DNA of 64,000 bases. It comes from an uncultured Candidatus Saccharibacteria bacterium (GTDB lineage: Bacteria; Patescibacteriota; Minisyncoccia; Phycocordibacterales; JAKAEA01). The notes beneath the pieces were generated by a model that worked only from the letters and a program-made list of their open reading frames with translations, was not told the DNA's origin and did not search any database. The translations under genes and the position numbers were made by a program. Within the stretch, counting starts at the first letter, position 1. Each line of letters begins with the position of its first letter. This document shows positions 57,280 through 64,000 of this stretch, one piece after another. The stretch covers positions 27,294 through 91,293 of the forward strand of contig CAZNZK010000004.1 of assembly GCA_964577595.1 (NCBI GenBank). The letters run 5' to 3'.

Positions 57280-57638
57280 CCAAAAGAAATCCCCCTTACA
57301 GACCTGCCGATATAGTCTGAGGGGGATTCGAATGTGTGTGGCTTACGACTCCTTTCGTTGTCATAGATCCGCGGCGGAATTGCTCTGCCAATTTGTACGC
57401 ATTTCGGTGGGATTGCCAGTCCACGTCTGAGAGTTACTTTTTGTCCAGCGACCCTTCTCGGGCACGGTACTGAACCGTTTTCACTCAACCGTTTTTCAAC
57501 GCGCACATCTTCCGTTGTGTTCCAGGAAGACTTATGGGGAGCTTTTCCGTCGTTACGGTTTCTTTGAGTCCCATTACTGGGAGCCCAAGTATCCCTAGGG
57601 CTTACGATCTTTTTCCCGAGGGACAGCCGAATACTCTG
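57280..57638 (-). ncRNA. Candidate ~360-nt structured ncRNA
   Basis: TTGACA-N17-TATCAT promoter at 57673-57645, many short hairpins, terminal hairpin 57286-57329 plus U tract; no convincing ORF. Confidence 0.5.
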
Positions 57639-57677
57639 AAGAGTATGATAGCATATACTATTACTAATGTCAAGGGT

Positions 57678-60071
57678 TTATGCTATTTTACTTTTACGAG
57701 CAAAGCCGCGGGGCTTTTTGGGTTCGGCGAGAATTTCTAAGGCGCGGGGCAATTCAATGGTGTAGACGTCATCTTTTTTAAGCGAGCGGAAGTCAGTGTC
57801 GTGCACAACATAGGGGCCAAAGCGGCCGATGTTGGCACTAATTGGCTTGCCAGTTTGGGGGTGGTTACCAAGAACACGCGGCAAGCTCAAGTAGTGGAGG
57901 GCGTCGGCAACGGTAACGGTGCTTGGATCCTTAATTTTAGGAATACTAGACATGCGGGGCTTGGCAACTGGGGCGGTGGCAGGCGCGGCCTCGGCGCTGG
58001 CATCCGTAGTGCCATCTTCAGCGACCACTTTCTTCTTTTTTGATTTTGGCACCTTTGGCATTTTCTTGGGGGTTTCGCCAAGCTGAACATAGGGGCCAAA
58101 GCGGCCGATTTTTACGAAAATAGGCAAGTTGGTGGCCGGATCTGTGCCGATGGGTTTATCGGCGGCAATTTCCTTACCATCAATAGTAAGAGCGCCGGTG
58201 CAGTTGGGGAAACGGGAACAGCTCATAAACTTGCCGTTTTTACCGAGCTTAATAATCATGCTGGAGCCGCAGATAGGACATTTAAACTCGGCGGGGGCGG
58301 CACCAAGATCAGTAATTTTTTTAGTATTTTTCTCTTTTTCTTTTACTTCTTTGCTGAAGGGTTTATAAAAAGCGGCCAGCACGGGAATATATTCTTTCTC
58401 GCCGTTGGCGATATCGTCCAACTTGTTTTCCATTTCTGCGGTGAATGAGTCGCTGATATATTCAGCAAAATTTTCCTCCAAGAAAGAACTCACCACATCG
58501 CCGGTGTCGGTGGGTTTCAGGGCGCGGTCAATTTTTTCCACGTAGCCACGGTCAACAATTGTCTTAATAATAGAAGCGTAGGTAGAAGGCCGGCCGATGC
58601 CGCGGGCTTCAAGCTCCTTCACTAGGCCAGCTTCAGAATAGCGGGCGGGCGGCTGGGTTTGCTTTTCGTCGGTTTTAATTTCAACGAGAGTGAGAGCATC
58701 GTTCTCATGAACGCGCGGCAAAATCACATCATCTTGCTGGCCTTCTGGGTCGGCTTTGAGCCAGCCATCAAAAAGGACGCGCGAGCCGTTAATGGTGAAA
58801 TCGGGGATTTTTAATCCAGCACCACTTTTTATTGCGCCGCCATTTTTTGCGTTAGCAGCCAAATCTGTATCTGAAAGTGGTGCTCCATAAACAGCGTTCG
58901 CTGTTACTTTTGTGCGCAGGGTTTTCGCGTCGCTCATTTGCGAAGCGATGGTGCGTTGCCAAATGAGCTGATAGAGCTTTTTCTGTTCGTCGTTATGGCC
59001 GGCGCTGGTTTTTTCCACATGACTGGGGCGAATGGCTTCGTGGGCTTCCTGAGCGTTCTTGCTCTTGGTTTGATACTGTCGCGCTTCTAAATAATCGGCG
59101 CCATACAGCTTCTGCACTAAATTAGAAATTTGCCCCATGGCCTGGCCACCGAGGGTGGTGCTGTCGGTGCGCATGTAGGTAATGAAACCGGCTTCGTAAA
59201 GCTTCTGGGCAATAAGCATGGTGCGCGAAGGCGAGAAGCCGAGGCGCGAGCTGGCGGCTTGCTGGAGCGTGGAAGTAGTAAAGGGTGGCTTGGCGGCACG
59301 CTTCACTTCCGTTTCTTTTACGTCAATAACTTTCCAAGCGTTTTTAGCACCGGCTTCGCGTCCGACGGCTAAAATTCGCTCCATTTCTTTTTGGTCGCGC
59401 GGCTCTTCGGTGCATTCTAAGAGAAGCGTTTTGCCGGCTTCTTTACCTTCTGCGATTTTTGTTTCAGCCGTAATTACCCAAAATGTCTCAGGCTTGAAAG
59501 CGCGGATTTCTCGTTCGCGCTCCATTAATATGCGTAAAGCGGGGGATTGCACCCGGCCAGCAGAAAGGCCGTAGCGCACCTTCTTCCATATAAGGCCTGA
59601 AAGATCGTAGCCCACGAGCCTATCCAGCACACGGCGCGCCTCCTGGGCCTCCTTAAGGCGCATATCTATAGAGCGGGGGTGCAGAAGGGCCTCCTCAACC
59701 GCCTCCTTGGTAATTTCATGAAAAACGACGCGCTTTGGGTGCACTAAATGGGCGGCCTGAGCTACGTGCCAGGCAATAGCTTCACCTTCACGGTCGGGGT
59801 CGGTTGCGAGTAGAACCTCATCGGCTTTTTTAGCCAGCGCCTCAATTTCCGCCACCACACCCTCTTTGCCTTTGGAAATTTCATAATGCGGCACGAAGCC
59901 AGCCGGAATATCAATGGCTTTATTGTTGTTCTTGGGCAAATCGCGCACGTGGCCCACCGAGGCCACTACCTGGTAGCCGCCCTTGCCGGCGATTTTTGCG
60001 TCGGCGTCGCCGCTCAAATATTTAGAAATTGTTTTCGCTTTTGAGGGCGATTCCACGATAAGTAATTTCAT
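57678..60071 (-). CDS. topA: DNA topoisomerase I
   Basis: IVESPSK, DPDREGE, SAGRVQ, ITYMRTD, AHEAIRP, GIGRPST; Zn ribbon and Toprim C-terminal repeats. Confidence 0.97.
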   Translation of the reverse strand: MKLLIVESPSKAKTISKYLSGDADAKIAGKGGYQVVASVGHVRDLPKNNNKAIDIPAGFVPHYEISKGKEGVVAEIEALAKKADEVLLATDPDREGEAIAWHVAQAAHLVHPKRVVFHEITKEAVEEALLHPRSIDMRLKEAQEARRVLDRLVGYDLSGLIWKKVRYGLSAGRVQSPALRILMEREREIRAFKPETFWVITAETKIAEGKEAGKTLLLECTEEPRDQKEMERILAVGREAGAKNAWKVIDVKETEVKRAAKPPFTTSTLQQAASSRLGFSPSRTMLIAQKLYEAGFITYMRTDSTTLGGQAMGQISNLVQKLYGADYLEARQYQTKSKNAQEAHEAIRPSHVEKTSAGHNDEQKKLYQLIWQRTIASQMSDAKTLRTKVTANAVYGAPLSDTDLAANAKNGGAIKSGAGLKIPDFTINGSRVLFDGWLKADPEGQQDDVILPRVHENDALTLVEIKTDEKQTQPPARYSEAGLVKELEARGIGRPSTYASIIKTIVDRGYVEKIDRALKPTDTGDVVSSFLEENFAEYISDSFTAEMENKLDDIANGEKEYIPVLAAFYKPFSKEVKEKEKNTKKITDLGAAPAEFKCPICGSSMIIKLGKNGKFMSCSRFPNCTGALTIDGKEIAADKPIGTDPATNLPIFVKIGRFGPYVQLGETPKKMPKVPKSKKKKVVAEDGTTDASAEAAPATAPVAKPRMSSIPKIKDPSTVTVADALHYLSLPRVLGNHPQTGKPISANIGRFGPYVVHDTDFRSLKKDDVYTIELPRALEILAEPKKPRGFARKSKIA

Positions 60072-60316
60072 ATGATGCCTTCAATTAATACTACGCATCA
60101 GTTTTTTTAGCAAATAAAGCGGGGGATAGCGCTTCAGAAAACCTTTAAGAAACATTGATGAGATTTTTAACCCTAGTGTGCTAGATAAATTCATATTCGC
60201 ATATGTAGAAACGTCCACCAAAGACATGCTCTAGTGGACGTTCCTAATCTTCTGACCCCTCAAAGAACTTTTGGAAGGTTCCTTTTTGAGGCGGGGTGCC
60301 GAAGCACAATGGGTGA

Positions 60317-60344
60317 AGTATAGCAAAAAGAAAAACGAGGTCAA
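60317..60344 (-). promoter_or_regulatory. sigma70 promoter upstream of a structured topA leader
   Basis: TTGACC-N16-TATACT on the minus strand. Confidence 0.65.
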
Positions 60345-60442
60345 TTAGTTGACGAAAGCCACATTTTATAGTAATATTTTAGACGGCATATTCCATTAGT
60401 ATTTTCTGATCTTTTCACAATCAATTACAAAAAGGAGTTGGT

Positions 60443-61021
60443 ATGAGTTCGACAGATCCCGTCGCCGATGTAAGTGATGCGCGCGACGTGCCTGGCCTCG
60501 TTCTTCAGGAACTCCGGAGGCAGTATGCGCCGGAAAAAGAGTTGAACCTGAAGTACGCTTCCCGGCGCTTCGGTTTTATTAACGGGCAGTTTGCGGCCTC
60601 GTTCCTGGAAAAGAATCATTGCGTTCTTTTCCTTCAGGAAGGTAAGCGCATTTGCCGGTTAATTCTGGCTTTCTGCGCGCCCGATGACGAATCTGACGAC
60701 TCTGCTGTCTCGGGAAAAGGCCGACTTCGGCTTTTGGAGCCCAGTCTTATTATCAGTGGCGGTCTTTTTATGCCACTGGCGGGAGTGGCAAAGCCTGAAA
60801 TGACCCTGAAGAGCGCAGTTCGTTTCTTGGCTCCGCCCTCAACATCGCGTCCTGAACATCTGGAATTTCTCGGCACACTTATAACGGTGGCGGCACGCAT
60901 TGTCGGCGCAGCAAACTATGAACGCGTTTGCGTTTCGCAATCCGACTTACGTGAGGCCCGCATCCTTGACGATATCACTGTCTCCTATCTTGTCACCGAT
61001 TTTAACTTCGGTGAGCTGTAG
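60443..61021 (+). CDS. Hypothetical protein
   Basis: AAGGAG SD, own TTGACG promoter at 60349, terminator near 61063-61094. Confidence 0.65.
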   Translation: MSSTDPVADVSDARDVPGLVLQELRRQYAPEKELNLKYASRRFGFINGQFAASFLEKNHCVLFLQEGKRICRLILAFCAPDDESDDSAVSGKGRLRLLEPSLIISGGLFMPLAGVAKPEMTLKSAVRFLAPPSTSRPEHLEFLGTLITVAARIVGAANYERVCVSQSDLREARILDDITVSYLVTDFNFGEL

Positions 61022-61108
61022 TAACCCGCGCTTGAAATTGTAGTTGCGAGCAAAAATATCATAACCGTGGCGATTCAGTTCGTCACGGTTTTTTCTTGTT
61101 GCAAGCTA

Positions 61109-61600
61109 CTATAGCGCCGAAATATCCTTCAAAATCTCGCCCGCATGGCTGGCGGGGTCTACTTTTGGATAGGCCTTAATAATATTACCCGCATTTGGGC
61201 CTATAGCGGCGATAAGGTAGGAAATGCGTGCTGTGCCGCCGCGAAAATAACCCGATTCGCGGATAGCGCCATATGCCTTAATGGTGACTTTCTCCGGATC
61301 GCTCAAAAGTGTAAAGGGCAGGCTGTATTTTTCGGCAAACTTCTTATGGCTCTCGGGCGAATCCTTGCTGATGCCAAAAACCTTCACGCCCGCCGTCGCA
61401 AAATCGGTATAGGCCTCGCGAATAACGCAAGCTTCCTGCGTACAGCCCGGCGTGTCGTCTTTCGGATAAAAATACACCAGAATATATTTTATAAGGGGTA
61501 CCTCTTTTGTCGCATTTGCCACGTGCCACGCCAGCGAGTGCATCGCGCCATTTTGGTCGGGGAGATTAAAATCTGGGGCTTTGGTGCCGTGTTTGAGCAT
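61109..61600 (-). CDS. bcp: Peroxiredoxin (BCP family)
   Basis: APDFNLPDQ, YFYPKDDTPGCTQEAC. Confidence 0.92.
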   Translation of the reverse strand: MLKHGTKAPDFNLPDQNGAMHSLAWHVANATKEVPLIKYILVYFYPKDDTPGCTQEACVIREAYTDFATAGVKVFGISKDSPESHKKFAEKYSLPFTLLSDPEKVTIKAYGAIRESGYFRGGTARISYLIAAIGPNAGNIIKAYPKVDPASHAGEILKDISAL

Positions 61601-61695
61601 AGGTATGATTGTACTACGAATAAAAATGAAGAAAAGATGAAGCCCAATCCACTTTTTAAAAGAAGAGTGGCGAATGCTCATGCTAGAGTAGGTGT

Positions 61696-62184
61696 ATGAA
61701 AAAAATTGTATCCGAACCCGCTCATAACGGTAACCAAAAGAAAGAACTCATTCTCTACACCGACAAGCGGGGAAACGTAGAACTACACGCCGATGTTGAA
61801 AAAGAGACAATTTTGGCGACCCTTGATCAAATCGCTCAAATTTTTGGCCGTGACAAATCGGTCATTTCCCGTCACTTGAAAAATATATTTTCCAGTGCCG
61901 AATTGAATCGGGATTCAGTTGTTGCAAAAAATGCAACAACTGCCACGGATGGAAAAACGTATATCGTGGAATATTTTAATCTTGACGCAATACTTTCCGT
62001 CGGTTATCGCGTGAATTCAAAACAAGCCACAGCTTTCCGTCAGTGGGCTACGAGAACGTTACGTGACTATTTGGTCAAAGGAATTGTGTTAAATACCCGT
62101 CGCATTCATCGGTTGCATAAAAAAGATGCCAAAAAATTCAAACAAACATCAGCAAAATCAGCCATAGTGTTACTGGTAGCTTAA
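61696..62184 (+). CDS. RhuM-family DNA-binding protein, probably C-terminally truncated
   Basis: QIAQIFGRDKSVISRHLKNIF, FNLDAILSVGYRVNS..ATAFRQWAT. Confidence 0.75.
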   Translation: MKKIVSEPAHNGNQKKELILYTDKRGNVELHADVEKETILATLDQIAQIFGRDKSVISRHLKNIFSSAELNRDSVVAKNATTATDGKTYIVEYFNLDAILSVGYRVNSKQATAFRQWATRTLRDYLVKGIVLNTRRIHRLHKKDAKKFKQTSAKSAIVLLVA

Positions 62185-62191
62185 AGGAACA

Positions 62192-62938
62192 TTACTTCCA
62201 CATCACCTCGGCTGGAGCATCTTTGCCGGCTTCAAGGGTTTCTATTATTTTTCCGGCGACTAATTCTGGCGCGTCGGCAACGGGCATCGCTTGCCCATTC
62301 GGCCCCGTTGCCCGCTCACGCGAAACCATACCTTCCATACCCGGCGCACGCACGGCATTCTTGCCAAAATCCGTCGCGGTGAGGCCCGGATGCACCACCG
62401 AAACGACAATCCCATCCTTGGCCAATTCTACCCGGGCAGTGAGCGAGAGGGCATTCAGCGCATATTTCGTGGACGCATAGCCGCCCAAATACGGAAAGGT
62501 ATTCTTGGAAACCATGGAGCTCACGTTCACAATCTGCCCGCGCAGGCCCGTACCACCTTTCTCGCTCGCTGAAACCCCGTCTTCCACCGGCTTCTGTTTG
62601 CGCATGAGCGGAATGATTTCCTGCATCGCCGCCAGCGGCCCCACCACGTTGAGCGCCCACACGCTCGCATAATCTTCCAAATTAATATTTTCTACCGGCC
62701 CATACAAGCCAACGCCCGCATTGTTGACGATAGCATCAACCCGGCCGAATTTTTTCTCCACCGTCGCCACCATTTTCTTCACATCGGCATTCTTGGCCAT
62801 GTTGGCCGGTAGCGCCACCGCGCCAGGCAAGGCCTTTTCCAGAATGGCCAGCTTCTCCCTGGAACGCGCGACCAGCACCACTCGCGCCCCTTTGGCCACC
62901 AAAAGCTTTGCCGTGGCCTCGCCAATACCCGCCGACGC
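62192..62938 (-). pseudogene. SDR oxidoreductase missing its N-terminus
   Basis: Begins abruptly at ASAGIG (TG of TGxxxGxG absent); NNAG, YASTK, VHPG intact. Confidence 0.75.
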
Positions 62939-62984
62939 ATATATCTTAGAAAGAAAGCAGTGAATGTTGTAAAATACTACCCAT

Positions 62985-63530
62985 ATGCCCGACGACACTA
63001 CTGCTACTACTGACGATGGAACGGAGGGGGAACAAGACGTGAGCGAGACGTCTACGCCAACAATACCCGCGCCAGCGTTAACACCCGCCATAACGCCAAC
63101 CCTAAGGGGAGCGGAGCCGGAATCGCCACCTGAACCCGAACCGCAACCCCAACAGGACGCGTCGGCGGCGGATGTGGCTAATTCACCCCCAGAAGCCCCA
63201 GAACCGACCACGGAACCCACCCCAGAACCAAGCATAGGCGCGGCTCCTGCGGAGGTGCGGGAGAACACCACCCCGATGGCGCCATCTAAAAGCTGGGCAC
63301 TTTCCCTGCTGGCCTTGGCCCGCGCAAAAATGCAGTTTAAAAAGCAGAAAAAGCTGGACGAAATTATGGCGTTGGCGGGGCAGAGGCGGGTGGTGGTGAG
63401 CCGCGACATTGAGCTCCTGCTCCATGTGTCGGCGGCAACGGCGACGCGATACTTGGAGGCATTGGTGAAAGCGGGCCGCCTGCACCCCTCGGGCGCGTTT
63501 CGGCATACGAAGTATGAGGTGGTGGGGTGA
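62985..63530 (+). CDS. Pro/Glu/Thr-rich protein with C-terminal winged HTH
   Basis: Low-complexity N-terminus; DIELLLHVSAATATRYLEALVKAGRL..G..TKY. Confidence 0.75.
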   Translation: MPDDTTATTDDGTEGEQDVSETSTPTIPAPALTPAITPTLRGAEPESPPEPEPQPQQDASAADVANSPPEAPEPTTEPTPEPSIGAAPAEVRENTTPMAPSKSWALSLLALARAKMQFKKQKKLDEIMALAGQRRVVVSRDIELLLHVSAATATRYLEALVKAGRLHPSGAFRHTKYEVVG

Positions 63531-63594
63531 GTTTGCGCTACATTTTCCACCAGTACACAAGATTGTTTTTCGACTGTCATGCGGTATACTAGCC

Positions 63595-63810
63595 ATGCTA
63601 ATGGATCGCAAGTCTCTATTTCTGAAGACCTATGCTAATTTGCCGCGGGGTAGCCGTGAGGAGATTGTGGCTGTAGTAGAAGGTGAGCCATATACCTGGC
63701 AATCGGCTAAGCTTGAGGTTGAGCAAGATACGCCGATTGGCACTAAAATTTTGGAAGTGTTGGTAGCACTCAAAATTCTCCATGAAAGAACAACAGAAAA
63801 ACCAAATTGA
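63595..63810 (+). CDS. Small hypothetical protein (FLKTYANLP motif)
   Basis: TATACT -10 just upstream of ATG; overlaps the next gene. Confidence 0.7.
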   Translation: MLMDRKSLFLKTYANLPRGSREEIVAVVEGEPYTWQSAKLEVEQDTPIGTKILEVLVALKILHERTTEKPN

Positions 63811-64000
63811 TGAGGTTATTGCCGACCCAGAACTTCGCAAACAGCTAAAGGCCATTGTACTGGAGCGGGCTATGGCCATGCCGGCGAGCTTGCGGGTGGC
63901 TATTGGCTCGGACCACATCTCTCAAAAAGAGCTCGTGAAGCATATCCAGGATGAAGATGAGATTGGCAAACAAATGATGGCTATTGACCTTGGCTTTTTG
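63782..64000 (+). CDS. Hypothetical protein, partial at window edge
   Basis: MKEQQKNQIDEVIADPELRKQLKAIVLERAMAMPASLRVAIGSDHISQKELVKHIQDEDEIGKQMMAIDLGFL, open to the end. Confidence 0.7.
   Translation, partial: MKEQQKNQIDEVIADPELRKQLKAIVLERAMAMPASLRVAIGSDHISQKELVKHIQDEDEIGKQMMAIDLGFL

Noticed and set aside
57318-57335. ttcgaatccccc (minus strand) as a tRNA or tmRNA T-arm
   Set aside because: No GG-TTC stem, acceptor stem or CCA end can be built around it.
57222-57506. 94-aa ORF as a protein antitoxin for mazF-2
   Set aside because: Convergent, basic, no clear SD, no AbrB/RHH-like pattern, and it runs through a terminator-like hairpin; not fully excluded.
62192-63580. 462-aa minus-strand ORF as a single SDR fusion protein
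   Set aside because: The N-terminal ~210 aa are the antisense shadow of the low-complexity + strand gene 62985-63530; only 62192-62938 is SDR-like.

Overview
64 kb of a small, gene-dense bacterial chromosome that looks like Patescibacteria/CPR (Parcubacteria-like). This is an inference from the tandem TrbC/VirB2-type pilins, short IF2 and ThrS, NusB-NUDIX fusion, hinge-less SMC, monomeric PheRS and apparently leaderless housekeeping genes. It uses genetic code 11. The backbone is housekeeping genes (infB, rbfA, clpB, rpmG, rarA, pheS, gyrB, thrS, dnaE, rnhB, rpmF, nusB, rnc, smc, rnr, rpsP, khpA, trmD, miaA, parB, topA) plus seven tRNAs. The most striking unexplained signal is two MazF/PemK toxin genes with no protein antitoxin. 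Each is faced at its 3' end by a TTGACG-N16-TATAAT promoter that would drive a convergent small RNA built from a shared unit (ACA..-hairpin-CGA-hairpin) with UUCG/GNRA loops; one locus has two tandem units, and a third toxin-less look-alike lies before topA. This is a candidate RNA-antitoxin system. Other highlights: an integrase-less cassette-like array at the tRNA-Trp 3' end delimited by repeated att-like sites (Fic, phosphoesterase, double-SET cargo), a ~360-nt candidate structured ncRNA, a ~235-bp dispersed structured repeat, a sortase with an extensin-like VPYTG substrate, a sigma-28, a catalytically dead ClpP homolog, and several broken accessory genes. All family assignments are from motif reading; no searches were run.
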